Shown here: positions 17,634-27,509 of the stretch, piece after piece
Layout: each line of letters starts with the position of its first letter
Position numbering within the stretch: the stretch's first letter is position 1
Origin: Anaeromyxobacter sp.
Lineage (GTDB): Bacteria; Myxococcota; Myxococcia; Myxococcales; Anaeromyxobacteraceae
DNA length: 50,130 nucleotides
Direction of reading: 5' to 3'
Assembly: GCA_037442705.1 (NCBI GenBank)
Contig: JBBIPT010000001.1
Span: forward strand, 1 to 50,130
The notes under the pieces: generated by a model
Told to the model about the DNA's origin: nothing
Database searches by the model: none
The model's input: only the letters and a program-made list of their open reading frames with translations
Program-made: the position numbers and the translations under genes

Positions 17634-18437
17634 CTAGAGGACCTTCGCCTCCTCGTGAAGCTTCTTCCAGAGCTCCTCGACGTCCGCGACCTTCACGCCG
17701 CCCTTGCGGGCGGGCGGCTCCTGGAGCTTCTTCACCACGACCTTCGGGGCGAGGTCGACGCCGAGGGACGCCGCGGCGAGCTCCTTCACCTCCTTCTTCT
17801 TCGCCTTCATGATCCCGGGGAGGGAGGCGAAGCGCGGCTTGTTGAGCCGCAGGTCGGTCGTCACGACGGCGGGGAGCGCCACCTCGAGGGTCTCGACGCC
17901 GCCGTCCACCTCGCGGACCACCTTCAGGCTCTTCCCGTCGCCGCCGAGGACGAGCCCGGGGTCCTTCTTCTGCTCCGACTCGCTCTCGAGGCTCTCCGTC
18001 TTCGAGGCGAAGGTGGCCTGGGCGAGGCCGAGCTTCTCGGCGAGATACTGGCCGGCCTGGTTCTGGTCGTCGTCGATCGACTGCTTGCCGAGGACGACGA
18101 GGTCCGGCTTCTCCTGCTCGAAGACCTTCGCGAGGAGCGCCGAGACGACGACCGGGTCGAGCGCCCCCTCGTGCTTCACGAGGATCCCGCGGTCCGCGCC
18201 CATCGCGAGGGCGGCCCGGATCTCGGTCGTGGACCTGTCGCCGCCGATCGAGGCGACGACGACCTCGCCGCCGTGGCGCTCGCGGAGCCGGAGCGCCTCC
18301 TCGACGGCGATCTCGTCGAAGGGGTTCATCTTGTAGTTCACCCCGTCGGTGACGATGCCCGAGCCGTCGGGCTTCACCTTGATCTTCGATTCGGGGTCTT
18401 CGACGCGCTTCGCGGTGACGAGGATCTTGAGGGGCAT
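17634..18437 (-). CDS. etfB: Electron transfer flavoprotein beta subunit
   Basis: MNPFDEIAVEEA, ALAMGAD and GKQSIDDD motifs. ATG 18437. Confidence 0.96.
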   Translation of the reverse strand: MPLKILVTAKRVEDPESKIKVKPDGSGIVTDGVNYKMNPFDEIAVEEALRLRERHGGEVVVASIGGDRSTTEIRAALAMGADRGILVKHEGALDPVVVSALLAKVFEQEKPDLVVLGKQSIDDDQNQAGQYLAEKLGLAQATFASKTESLESESEQKKDPGLVLGGDGKSLKVVREVDGGVETLEVALPAVVTTDLRLNKPRFASLPGIMKAKKKEVKELAAASLGVDLAPKVVVKKLQEPPARKGGVKVADVEELWKKLHEEAKVL

Positions 18438-18689
18438 GGGCTCACCTGATTCCCGAGTCAATCCGGGGCGCTGAGTATTGCGCACCGCGCCAAGGCGCCG
18501 CAACCGAAATCCTGCGCAGGCCGCGCCCGCGCAGGGCGAGGGCCCAGCCCCCCTCGCCCCATCGACCCCCGTCCGGGGCGCGGCTTTTTCCGGCGCGGGC
18601 GCGCGTGCGGACCGCTATCCTCGCCGGCAACCACTCTCTCCCCGGGGGGGGGGTCCTCCCAGGGCGCAGTCACCTCAAGGAGAAATCCG

Positions 18690-19169
18690 ATGCGCATCGC
18701 TCTCGCACTCGCCGCTCTGCTCGCCGCCGGCCCCTCCTTCGCCCAGGGTCTCAAGGGCGGGGGCGCCTACGGCACCGCCGGCTGCGGCCTCGGCTCGCTC
18801 GTCTTCGGCAACCAGCCGGGCGCGGTCCAGATCTTCGCCGCGACGACGAACGGCACCTTCGGCAGCCAGACCTTCGGCATCACCACCGGCACCTCGAACT
18901 GCGGCCCCGGCCTCATGGCGATGGGGACGAAGAACTTCGTCGAGGCGAACCGCGAGGCGCTCGCGAAGGACGTCTCCCGCGGCGAGGGCGAGGCGATCGG
19001 CGCGCTCACGGTGATCAACGCCTGCGCGGACTCCCGCGCCGTCGGCGCCGCGCTCCAGAGGAGCTTCACGGCGATCTTCCCCTCCGAGAACGCCTCCTCC
19101 GACGAGGTGACGAAGGCGATCCTCGACACGCTCCACGCCGATCCGGCGCTCGGCTGCGCGAAGAGCTAG
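18690..19169 (+). CDS. DUF3015-family secreted protein
   Basis: Signal peptide, GCGLGS...[20 protein letters not shown] and GEGE motifs. AAGGAG RBS. Confidence 0.85.
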   Translation: MRIALALAALLAAGPSFAQGLKGGGAYGTAGCGLGSLVFGNQPGAVQIFAATTNGTFGSQTFGITTGTSNCGPGLMAMGTKNFVEANREALAKDVSRGEGEAIGALTVINACADSRAVGAALQRSFTAIFPSENASSDEVTKAILDTLHADPALGCAKS

Positions 19170-19210
19170 GCTTCGACCGCCGGCTCGCTTCGGTGGTACA
19201 CGGGAGCGCG

Positions 19211-21160
19211 ATGGGCACCCCGCTCGTCGCGCTCCTCGTGTCTCTGGCCGCCGCGGCCGGGCCCGCCCGCGCCGCGCCGGGGCCGGCGGAGCCGCCCCGC
19301 CCCGACCCCGCCCACCTCGAGGAGCTCCTCCTCCGGGCGCGGACGCTCCGGCTCGCCGAGGATCCCGCCTGGCTCCGGCTCGGCCACTGGCGGCGGACCC
19401 CCGGCGGCGGCTGGAAGAGCGAGGTGGACGGGAGCGCCTTCTTCCGCGCGCTCCTCGGGAAGACCGACCCCGGGGCCGAGCTCGAGGCGACGCTCCGCGC
19501 CTTCTTCGACGACCGGCCCGTCGCGGACGAGCTCTCGGACGCGATGTGCCGCTTCCCCGCCCGCTTCGCCTTCCTCGCGGGGAAGCTCGGCGCGGACCTC
19601 GCGCGGCTTCCGCCCCGGCGCTGCCCGAGGCTCGAGGACTTCCTCGAGCGGGTCCGGCCCCGCTCGGCGACCTTCGTCTTCTCGTCCTACTACCTCAACA
19701 ACCCCGCCTCCGCCTTCGGCCACACCTTCCTGCGGCTCAACAAGGAGGACGGCGCGCGGGCCGGGAAGGACGCGGAGCTCCTCGACTACGGCGTGGACTA
19801 CTCCGCCACGGTCACGACCTCGAACGCGGTCCTCTACGCCTTCCAGGGGCTCTTCGGCCTCTTCCAGGGCCACTTCAACCACTACGCCTACTACTACAAG
19901 GTGCGGCAGTACGCGGACGCGGAGTCCCGCGACATCTGGGAGTACGACCTCGACCTCTCGCCGGGCGAGATCGCGATGCTCGCCGGCCACCTCTGGGAGC
20001 TCGGCGGGACCCACTTCGCCTACTGGTACCTCGACGAGAACTGCAGCTACCACGTCCTCGGCGCGCTCGAGGCGGCGGCGCCACGGCTCTCCCTCCTCCG
20101 CCACGTGGGGCGCGCCGTCGTCCTCCCGTCGGACACGGTGAAGGCCCTCTTCGAGAACGAGGGGCTCGTCCGCGGCGTCCACTACCGTCCGTCCATCCGG
20201 ACCCAGTTCCTCGCCCGCGCGGCCGCGCTCCCGGGCCCCGCCCTCCGCGCGGTGGAGGTCCTCGCGGGCGACCCGGCCGCTCCCCTCGAGGGGCTCCCGG
20301 TCGCCGGGCGCGCCGCGGTGCTCGACGCCGCCCTCGACCACCTCGACTTCCGGTCCGGGCGGGAGCTCGCGGAGGGGAAGGCCCCGGCCGCCGCGCGCGC
20401 GAGGCAGACGCTCCTCGAGCGGAGGAGCGCGCTCCGCGTCGTCTCCCCGCCGCTCGCGATCGCGCCGCCGCGCGACCGGACCCCGGAGATCGGCCACGGC
20501 TCCTCCCGGCTCGGCCTCGGCGGCGGCGCCTCCACGCGGGACGGCGCCCTCCTCCTCCTCGACCTCCGGCTCGCGCTCCACGACCTCGGCGATCCGCTCC
20601 CCGGCTACCCGCCCCTCGCGCAGATCGAGTTCGTCCCGGCGCGGCTCCGGCTCGCGCCGCGGGAGGGGCGCGCCGAGGTGGAGGAGCTCTGGGCGGTCCG
20701 GGTCGTCTCCCTGAACGGCCTCTCCCGCTTCGACCTCCGCCCGTCCTGGCGCGTGAAGTTCGGCGCGGCGACGGTCCGGGACGCGGGCTGCGACGCCTGC
20801 CTCGCCGCGCAGGGGGAGCTCGGCGCGGGCTTCGGCGCCGCGGACCTCCTCGGCCTCGCGGACCTCTACGCCGGCGCCGACGCCGCTGTGGAGTGGTCGC
20901 CCCGCCTCGCGGGCCAGGACGGGCGCCCCGTCCGCGCCGGGGTGGGGCCCGGCGGGATCCTGCGGCTCCGGCTCGGGACGCTCGCCACGCTCCTCGGCGA
21001 CGCCCGGTTCCGGTGGATGCCCTTCTCGGAGCCGGACCGCACCTTCGACCTGCGCGCGACCCTCCGGGTCCACCTCGCGAAGGACCTCTCCCTCGCGCTC
21101 GAGGCGCGGAGGACGCCCTCCGAGGACGTCCTCTCCGCGGTGGTCCTCGCGTACTACTGA
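19211..21160 (+). CDS. DUF4105-domain exported protein with a probable C-terminal beta-barrel
   Basis: W.RLGHW, NNPASAFGHT, ESRDIWEYDL and Y.YLDENCSY motifs. Alternating beta-strand C-terminus ending in YY. Confidence 0.85.
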   Translation: MGTPLVALLVSLAAAAGPARAAPGPAEPPRPDPAHLEELLLRARTLRLAEDPAWLRLGHWRRTPGGGWKSEVDGSAFFRALLGKTDPGAELEATLRAFFDDRPVADELSDAMCRFPARFAFLAGKLGADLARLPPRRCPRLEDFLERVRPRSATFVFSSYYLNNPASAFGHTFLRLNKEDGARAGKDAELLDYGVDYSATVTTSNAVLYAFQGLFGLFQGHFNHYAYYYKVRQYADAESRDIWEYDLDLSPGEIAMLAGHLWELGGTHFAYWYLDENCSYHVLGALEAAAPRLSLLRHVGRAVVLPSDTVKALFENEGLVRGVHYRPSIRTQFLARAAALPGPALRAVEVLAGDPAAPLEGLPVAGRAAVLDAALDHLDFRSGRELAEGKAPAAARARQTLLERRSALRVVSPPLAIAPPRDRTPEIGHGSSRLGLGGGASTRDGALLLLDLRLALHDLGDPLPGYPPLAQIEFVPARLRLAPREGRAEVEELWAVRVVSLNGLSRFDLRPSWRVKFGAATVRDAGCDACLAAQGELGAGFGAADLLGLADLYAGADAAVEWSPRLAGQDGRPVRAGVGPGGILRLRLGTLATLLGDARFRWMPFSEPDRTFDLRATLRVHLAKDLSLALEARRTPSEDVLSAVVLAYY

Positions 21161-21188
21161 TGGTCGTCGGCGCCTGCGCCGTTCCGGA

Positions 21189-21353
21189 CCGTTCGTGGTT
21201 CGACAGGCTCACCACGAACGGACTGGAAAGGATCCGGTCGCCCTGAGCCTGTCGAGGGGCGGCCGGATCTCTCGCCGTCCGTCCGTTCGGCGTGACCCCT
21301 CGACAGGCTCGGGGGAACCACGAACGGTCTGGATCCACGCAAAGGGCGAACGG
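21189..21353. repeat. Hairpin repeat cluster: B(+)/A(-) doublet, nested copy and arm remnant
   Basis: Copies at 21189-21221, 21234-21266 and 21283-21327, plus AAGGGCGAACGG near 21342. Confidence 0.9.
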
Positions 21354-21360
21354 CCTGGAT

Positions 21361-22443
21361 CTACCGGAGCGGGCGCCGCCCGTAGTCCATCGCCGCCTCC
21401 TCGCCGCGGAGGACGTGCAGCGCTCCCTCCGCGAGGGCCAGGAGCTCGTCCTCGCCCGGGAGGACCTCGACCGGCGCCATCCACTCGATCCGGCGCCGGA
21501 CGGCCTCCACGATCTCCCGGAGGTGGGCCATCCCGCCGGTGAGGAGGATCGCGTCGGGCTTCCCCCCGAGCGCGGCGGCGAGGGAGCCGGCCGCCTTCGC
21601 GATCTGGTAGGCCATCGCCTCCACGGCGAGCCGCGCCCGCCCGTCCCCCTCCGCCGCCCGGCGGAGCGCCTCGCGCGCGTCGCGCGTCCCGAGGAGCGCG
21701 AAGAGGCCGCCGTCGCCGAAGAGCCGGCGGCGGAGCGCCTTCGGGTCGGCCCCGGGGGCGAAGCAGAGGTCGAGGAGGGCGGTCGCGGGCACCCCGCCCG
21801 CCCGGTCGCCGGAGAACGGCCCCTCGTCCTGCGGGTTCACGACGTCGGCCATGCGCCCGTCGCGGAAGGCGGCGAGGGAGACGCCCGTGCCCATGTGGAC
21901 GGCGACGAGCCGGAGCCGATCGAGCGGGGCCCCCCGCTCCTTCGCGAACCGGCGGGCGACCGCCCGCATGTTGAGCGCGTGGGAGAAGCTCCGGCGCTCC
22001 ACCCCGGCGAGCCCCGTGATCCTCGCCACGGGATCGAGCTCGTCCACGGAGACCGGGTCCACGACGAGCGCCGGGCAGCCGTGCTCCCGGGCGAGCTCCC
22101 CGGCGAGCGGCGCGCCGAGGTTCGAGGCGTGCTCGCCCCGCTCCGCCCGCTCGAGGTCCCGGAGCATCGCGTCGTCCACGAGCCAGGCCCCCGCGGCGAG
22201 GGGCGGGAGGAGGCCGCCCCGCCCGGCGACGGCGGCGAGGCCGCCCGGCGCGACGCCGGCCGAGGCGAGGAAGGCCCGGACCGCCGCGAGCCGGACCGGG
22301 AGCTCGTCCCAGATCCGGCCCCTCGGGCGCTCCATGAGCTCGTCGTGGACGAGCTTCTCCTCACGGACGGGCGCGGCGCCCCGGTAGAGGGCGAGCTTCG
22401 TCGAGCCGGCGCCCGGGTTCACGGCGAGGACGAGTGGCTCCAC
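21361..22443 (-). CDS. buk: Butyrate kinase
   Basis: NPGAGSTK, GRGGLL, HASNLGA, DPVSVDE, HALN and PGEDE motifs. GTG start with GGAGG RBS. Confidence 0.95.
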   Translation of the reverse strand: MEPLVLAVNPGAGSTKLALYRGAAPVREEKLVHDELMERPRGRIWDELPVRLAAVRAFLASAGVAPGGLAAVAGRGGLLPPLAAGAWLVDDAMLRDLERAERGEHASNLGAPLAGELAREHGCPALVVDPVSVDELDPVARITGLAGVERRSFSHALNMRAVARRFAKERGAPLDRLRLVAVHMGTGVSLAAFRDGRMADVVNPQDEGPFSGDRAGGVPATALLDLCFAPGADPKALRRRLFGDGGLFALLGTRDAREALRRAAEGDGRARLAVEAMAYQIAKAAGSLAAALGGKPDAILLTGGMAHLREIVEAVRRRIEWMAPVEVLPGEDELLALAEGALHVLRGEEAAMDYGRRPLR

Positions 22444-22451
22444 GGGACCTC

Positions 22452-22607
22452 CTGTTCGCCCCTCGACAGGCTCGGGGCGAACGGACTGGGGCTGCCGCTC
22501 ACCGCGGTCTCCCTCGTGCGAGTGACTGGGACGCCGCTCGTCGCCCATCCCCGGTGGGAGCGTTCCATGGGAAGCCGCTCGCCCTGAGCCTGTCGAAGGG
22601 CGGGCGG
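22452..22607. repeat. Hairpin repeat pair A(+)/A(-)
   Basis: Copies at 22452-22484 (C-G closing pair) and 22575-22607. Confidence 0.88.
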
Positions 22608-22617
22608 CACACCGACC

Positions 22618-23556
22618 CTAACCCGTCCCCCGCTCCGCCGGAGGCCGGCTCGCCGCGAGGACGCCGAGCGCGATCGAGCAGAGCTTGTCCTCCGCCCGCT
22701 CCACGCGGGAGGGGATGAGGACCGGCGCCTTCGCGCCCACGATCACGTGGGCGACCGGCGCCTTCGCGAGGTAGGTGAAGGCCTTCCCGAGCGCGTTCCC
22801 GGTCTCGATCGTCGGGACGAGGAGCACGTCGGCCCGGCCCGCCACGGGGTGGTCGATCCCCTTCGCCCGCGCGGCGTACTCGTAGAGGGCGTTGTCGAGG
22901 GCGAGGGGGCCCGAGACCGTGCAGCCCGCGATCTCCCCGGCGATGTTCATCTCGGCGAGCGCCTGGGCGTCCTTCGTGTGGGGCATCGCCTCCGAGACCG
23001 TCTCCACGGCGCAGAGGCAGGCGACCTTCGGAGAGGCGTAGCCGAGCCGCCGGAAGAGGGCGACCGCGTTCTCCAGGATCTCCTTCTTCTGGGCCCGGGT
23101 CGGCGCGACGTTCACGCCGCCGTCGGTGACCCCGACGAGGCGTGGGGTCTCGGAGAGCGGGTGCTCGGCGACGAGGACGTCGGAGAGGAGCCGCCCCGCC
23201 CGGAGCCCCGCCGCCCGGTCGAGGACGGCGTGGAGGAGGTCGCCCGTCTTCATCCGCCCCTTGAGGAGGACCGCGGCCTCGCCGCCCCGGACGAGCTCGA
23301 CGGCCTTCCGCGCGGCCTCCGCGTCGGTGGGGACGTCGACGATCCGGTACCGCTCGGGCTCCTCCCCGAGGGAGGCGAGCCGGGCCCGGATCCCCGCCTC
23401 CCCGCCGACGAGGATCGGATCGGCGATCCGCTTGCGCCGGGCGTGGGCGACCGCGGTGAGGGCCGTCTCGTTCTCGGCGGCGGCCACGACGATCGGCACC
23501 GGCCCCACGGCGCGTGCCTCCTCGAGCAGGGCGGACAGTGAGGGGATGGGCTTCAT
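22618..23556 (-). CDS. ptb: Phosphate butyryltransferase
   Basis: LLKG...T, TDGGVNV.P, GPLALDNA, GN.L.K and PSR motifs, adjacent to buk. Confidence 0.9.
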   Translation of the reverse strand: MKPIPSLSALLEEARAVGPVPIVVAAAENETALTAVAHARRKRIADPILVGGEAGIRARLASLGEEPERYRIVDVPTDAEAARKAVELVRGGEAAVLLKGRMKTGDLLHAVLDRAAGLRAGRLLSDVLVAEHPLSETPRLVGVTDGGVNVAPTRAQKKEILENAVALFRRLGYASPKVACLCAVETVSEAMPHTKDAQALAEMNIAGEIAGCTVSGPLALDNALYEYAARAKGIDHPVAGRADVLLVPTIETGNALGKAFTYLAKAPVAHVIVGAKAPVLIPSRVERAEDKLCSIALGVLAASRPPAERGTG

Positions 23557-23687
23557 CAGGGGCCTCGGGCTATCATGCCCGTCCTTCTGGCCTCGCGGTG
23601 GAGGGACGCAACGGTCGGGCTTGTAGCCCGGAACCGGGCGCTCCGCACGTCCCGGCCCACGGGTCGCGGGGGGAGAGCGGAAGTGCG

Positions 23688-24119
23688 ATGGAACGACGGC
23701 TCCTTCACACCGGGGTGAACGGCCTCCTCGAGATGGTCTACAACCCGCCCCCGACCGGCCACGTCCTCGTCGTCCTCGACAACGGGACCACGGCGATGAC
23801 CGGCCGGCAGGAGCACCCCGGGACCGGCCGCACGCTCGACCACGAGCCGACGGGCAAGGTGTCGATCGAGGGGCTCGCCCGGTCGGTGGGCGTGAAGAAC
23901 GTGGACGTGATCGACCCGATCGCCGATCCGGGCGGCTGGGAGAAGCTCCTCGTGGACCGGCTCTCGCGCAAGGAGCTCTCGATGATCGTGGCGCGCCGGC
24001 CCTGCATCCTCGCCGCGGCCGACATCCGGGCCTGGGAGAAGGCCGCCGCGGACGAGTGCGCCGCCTGCGTGGAGGAAGTCGAGATCGGAAGGGCGAAGGC
24101 GGCGGGGGGAGGACGGTGA
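23688..24119 (+). pseudogene. iorA: Indolepyruvate:ferredoxin oxidoreductase alpha remnant (TPP-binding C-terminus only)
   Basis: HTGVNGLLEMVYN...LDNGTTAMTGRQEHPGTG...RRPC. Only 143 aa and the GDS motif is missing. Lies upstream of paaK-ACT. Confidence 0.8.
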
Positions 24120-24192
24120 TCGAGTGCCACTCGACCGTGGAAGACGAGAGCACGATGCCGATCCTGTCCCACTTCCCCTCGATGCCATCCCC

Positions 24193-24372
24193 CCGGTCGT
24201 GGTGAGCCTGTCGAACCACGAGCTCGCGGCCCCGTTCGCCCTTCGACAGGCTCAGGGCGAACGGCTCCATGCGGGACGGGCCGCGCTGGCCCTTCGACAG
24301 GCTCAGGGCGAACGGCTCCATGCGAGACGGGCAGGGGTGACCCTTCGACGGGATCGCGGGAACCACGAACGG
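24193..24372. repeat. Hairpin repeat cluster with 51-nt tandem period
   Basis: B(-) at 24193. CCCTTCGAC starts at 24239, 24290 and 24341. Confidence 0.9.
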
Positions 24373-24392
24373 CGAACGCGGGAGGCGACGCG

Positions 24393-25718
24393 ATGAAGAC
24401 GCAGTGGAACGACGCGCCCGGCGGCTTCCACCCGGCGAGCGCGCCCGACTTCCTGCCGCGCCGGGAGCTCGAGCGGCTCCAGCTCGGGCGGCTCCAGTCG
24501 GTGGTGGCCCGCGCCTACGAGCGCGTCCCCCTCTTCCGGCAGCGGATGGAGGAGCGGAAGCTCCGCCCCGACGGCGTGAAGGCGCTCGCGGACCTCGCGA
24601 AGCTCCCCTTCACCGTGAAGGCCGACCTCCGGGACACCTACCCCTTCGGCCTCTTCGCCTCGCCGATGGACGAGATCGTCCGGCTCCACGCCTCGTCGGG
24701 GACGACCGGGAAGCCCATCGTCGTCGCCTACACCGAGGCCGACCTCCAGGTCTGGACGAGCGTGATGGTCCGGACCTTTGCCGCCTGCGGCCTGCACAAG
24801 GGCGACGTGATCCAGAACGCCTACGGCTACGGCCTCTTCACCGGCGGCCTCGGGGCCCACTACGGCGCCGAGGCGCTCGGCGCGACGGTGATCCCGATCT
24901 CCGGCGGGAACACCGAGCGGCAGCTCATGGTCCTGCAGGACTTCCACGTCACGGCGATCTGCTGCACCCCCTCGTACATGGTCCACCTCATCGAGCGGGC
25001 CAAGGAGGCGAAGATCGGCTTCGGGCGGCTCAAGGTGGGGGTCTTCGGCGCCGAGCCCTGGTCGGAGTCGATGCGGGCCCACATCGAGGCGGAGACCGGC
25101 ATCCAGGCCCACGACATCTACGGCCTCTCGGAGATCATCGGCCCGGGCGTCGGGATCGAGTGCTTCCGGAAGGACGGCCTCCACCTCTTCGAGGACCACT
25201 TTTTTCCGGAAGTCATCGACCCGGCCTCGGGCGAGGTCCTCCCGGACGGCAGGGAGGGGGAGCTCGTCCTCACCACCCTCTCGAAGCAGGCGATGCCCAT
25301 GATCCGGTACCGGACGCGGGACATCACCTCGATCCACCCCGAGCCCTGCGCCTGCGGGCGGACGATCCGGCGGATCCGGCGGATCGGCCGGCGCTCGGAC
25401 GACATGTTCATCATCCGGGGCGTGAACGTCTTCCCCTCGCAGGTGGAGGCGGCGCTCCTCAGGGTGGAGGGGACCCTCCCGCACTACCAGATCGTCCTCA
25501 CCCGGCAGAAGGGGCTCGACGAGATGGAGGTGCAGGTCGAGGTCACGCCCGAGGTCTTCTCCGACAGGATCGGCGCCCTCGAGTCGCTCCAGAACCGGCT
25601 CGAGGACGCGATCGAGCACGTCCTCGGCATCCGCGTGAAGGTCCACCTCGTCGCCCCGCGCACGATCGCGCGGAGCGAGGGGAAGGCGAAGCGGGTGAAG
25701 GACGATCGGAACATCTAG
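24393..25718 (+). CDS. paaK: Phenylacetate-CoA ligase
   Basis: HASSGTTGKP, YGYGLFTGG, GAEPW, YGLSE, RYRTRD and GRRSDDM motifs. Confidence 0.93.
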   Translation: MKTQWNDAPGGFHPASAPDFLPRRELERLQLGRLQSVVARAYERVPLFRQRMEERKLRPDGVKALADLAKLPFTVKADLRDTYPFGLFASPMDEIVRLHASSGTTGKPIVVAYTEADLQVWTSVMVRTFAACGLHKGDVIQNAYGYGLFTGGLGAHYGAEALGATVIPISGGNTERQLMVLQDFHVTAICCTPSYMVHLIERAKEAKIGFGRLKVGVFGAEPWSESMRAHIEAETGIQAHDIYGLSEIIGPGVGIECFRKDGLHLFEDHFFPEVIDPASGEVLPDGREGELVLTTLSKQAMPMIRYRTRDITSIHPEPCACGRTIRRIRRIGRRSDDMFIIRGVNVFPSQVEAALLRVEGTLPHYQIVLTRQKGLDEMEVQVEVTPEVFSDRIGALESLQNRLEDAIEHVLGIRVKVHLVAPRTIARSEGKAKRVKDDRNI

Positions 25719-25737
25719 GACACGGGAGGATCGGCCC

Positions 25738-26184
25738 ATGAAGATCCGTCAGCTCTCGCTCTTCCTCGAGAACCGGCCCGGGCAGCTCCGGGTGCCGTGC
25801 AAGGTGCTCGGCGACGCGGGGATCGACATCCTCACGATGTCGCTCGCGGACACCCAGCAGTTCGGGATCCTGCGGCTCGTCGTGAAGGACTGGGAGCGCG
25901 CGAAGAGGGTCCTCGAGGAGGCGGGCGTCGTCGTGAACGTGACCGACGTCCTCGCGGTGGACGTGCCGGACCGGCCGGGCGGCCTCGCCGGCGTGCTCGA
26001 GGCCTTCGAGAAGGCCGGGCTCGGGATCGAGTACATGTACGCCTTCGCCGCCGCGCGGGAGCGGGGGAAGCACGCGACCCTCGTCTTCCGGCTGGAGGAC
26101 CCGGACCGCGCCGCGGCGGCCCTCTCCGCGGCCGGGGTGAAGCTCGTGTCCTCCGCGGAGCTCTTCGCCCGGGCCGGGGCGTGA
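25738..26184 (+). CDS. ACT-ACT domain protein
   Basis: QLSLFLENRPG, ADT..FGILRL and D.PGGL...IEYMY motifs. Confidence 0.9.
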   Translation: MKIRQLSLFLENRPGQLRVPCKVLGDAGIDILTMSLADTQQFGILRLVVKDWERAKRVLEEAGVVVNVTDVLAVDVPDRPGGLAGVLEAFEKAGLGIEYMYAFAAARERGKHATLVFRLEDPDRAAAALSAAGVKLVSSAELFARAGA

Positions 26185-27509
26185 GCGCGGGCCTCGCCGT
26201 GGAGAACCGGATCTGGGATCCGGCGGAGACCCTCTCCCGCGACGACCTCGCCGCCCTCCAGGCCCGCCGGCTCGCCGAGACGGTCCGGCGCGCCGGCGCC
26301 GTCCCCTTCTACCGGGAGGCGCTCGCCGCGAAGGGCGTCGACGCGGGCGCGATCGGCTCCGCCGCCGACGTCCGGCGGCTCCCCTTCACGGTGAAGGACG
26401 ACCTCCGGCGGAACTACCCGCTCGGCATGCTCGCCGTCCCCCGCTCCGCGGTGGCGCGCGTGCACGGCTCGTCCGGCACGACCGGGAAGCCCACGTTCGT
26501 CGCCTACACCCGGAAGGACCTCGACACCTGGGCCGGGCTCGTCGCCCGCTTCCTCGTCGCCGGGGGCCTGCGGCCCGAGCACCTGGTCCACGTCGCCTTC
26601 GGCTACGGGCTCTTCACCGGGGGCTTCGGGCTCCACCAGGGGATCGAGCGGGTGGGGGCGGGCGTCGTCCCGGCGGCGGGCGGGAACACCCCGCGGCAGG
26701 TCCTCCTCATCCGCGACCTCGGCGCGGAGGTGCTCGTCTGCACTCCTTCCTACGCGCTCCACATCGCCGAGGTCGCCCGGGCGGAGGGGTTCGGTCCCGG
26801 CGCGCTCCCGCTCCGCTTCGGCCACTTCGGCGGAGAGCCCTGGACCGAGGAGATGCGCGGCGAGATCGAGCGCTCCCTCGGGATCCTCGCCTTCAACAAC
26901 TACGGCCTCTCCGAGGTGATCGGCCCGGGCGTCTCGGGGGAGTGCGGCGCGCGGGAGGGGATGCACGTCTCGGAGGATCACTTCCTCGTGGAGTGCCTCG
27001 ACCCCGAGACCCTCGGGCCCGTCCCCGAAGGCGAGACGGGCGAGCTCGTCTTCACGACGCTCACGAAGGAGGCGCTCCCGGTGCTCCGCTACCGGACGCG
27101 CGACCTCGCCGCCCTCGACCGCCGCCCCTGCCCGTGCGGGCGGACGGGTGTGCGGATGGGGCGCGTCGTCGGCCGCTCCGACGACATGCTCATCATCCGC
27201 GGGGTGAACGTCTTCCCCTCGCAGGTCGAGGAGGCGCTGCTGCGCGTGGAGGGGACCGCGCCGCACTACCTCGTCGAGGTCTCGCGCCCCGGCGCGCTCG
27301 ACGAGGCGGTGGTGAAGGTGGAGGTCCGCCCCGGCGACTTCTCCGACGAGATGCGGCAGATGGTGGAGCTCCGGGACCGGATCGACCGGGAGATCCACGC
27401 GGTCACCGGCGTGCGGATGACGGTGGAGCTCGTCGCGCCGAACACGCTGGAGCGGTCGGCGGGCAAGGCGCGCCGCGTGCTCGACCACCGGCGCCCGTCC
27501 GCTCCCTGA
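26181..27509 (+). CDS. paaK: Second phenylacetate-CoA ligase paralogue
   Basis: HGSSGTTGKP, FGYGLFTGG and YGLSE motifs. GTG overlaps the ACT stop. Confidence 0.92.
   Translation: MSAGLAVENRIWDPAETLSRDDLAALQARRLAETVRRAGAVPFYREALAAKGVDAGAIGSAADVRRLPFTVKDDLRRNYPLGMLAVPRSAVARVHGSSGTTGKPTFVAYTRKDLDTWAGLVARFLVAGGLRPEHLVHVAFGYGLFTGGFGLHQGIERVGAGVVPAAGGNTPRQVLLIRDLGAEVLVCTPSYALHIAEVARAEGFGPGALPLRFGHFGGEPWTEEMRGEIERSLGILAFNNYGLSEVIGPGVSGECGAREGMHVSEDHFLVECLDPETLGPVPEGETGELVFTTLTKEALPVLRYRTRDLAALDRRPCPCGRTGVRMGRVVGRSDDMLIIRGVNVFPSQVEEALLRVEGTAPHYLVEVSRPGALDEAVVKVEVRPGDFSDEMRQMVELRDRIDREIHAVTGVRMTVELVAPNTLERSAGKARRVLDHRRPSAP

Noticed and set aside
18643-18653. G homopolymer upstream of DUF3015 as a phase-variation tract
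   Set aside because: Intergenic, in very GC-rich DNA, with no promoter elements I can place around it.
24193-24372. Possible CRISPR array
   Set aside because: Inter-repeat sequences are largely identical rather than unique spacers, orientations are mixed, the same repeat is dispersed window-wide, and there are no cas genes.
24393-27509. Two paaK genes as a recent duplication or misassembly
   Set aside because: The proteins are clearly diverged, and paired paaK genes with an ACT gene are a familiar arrangement.
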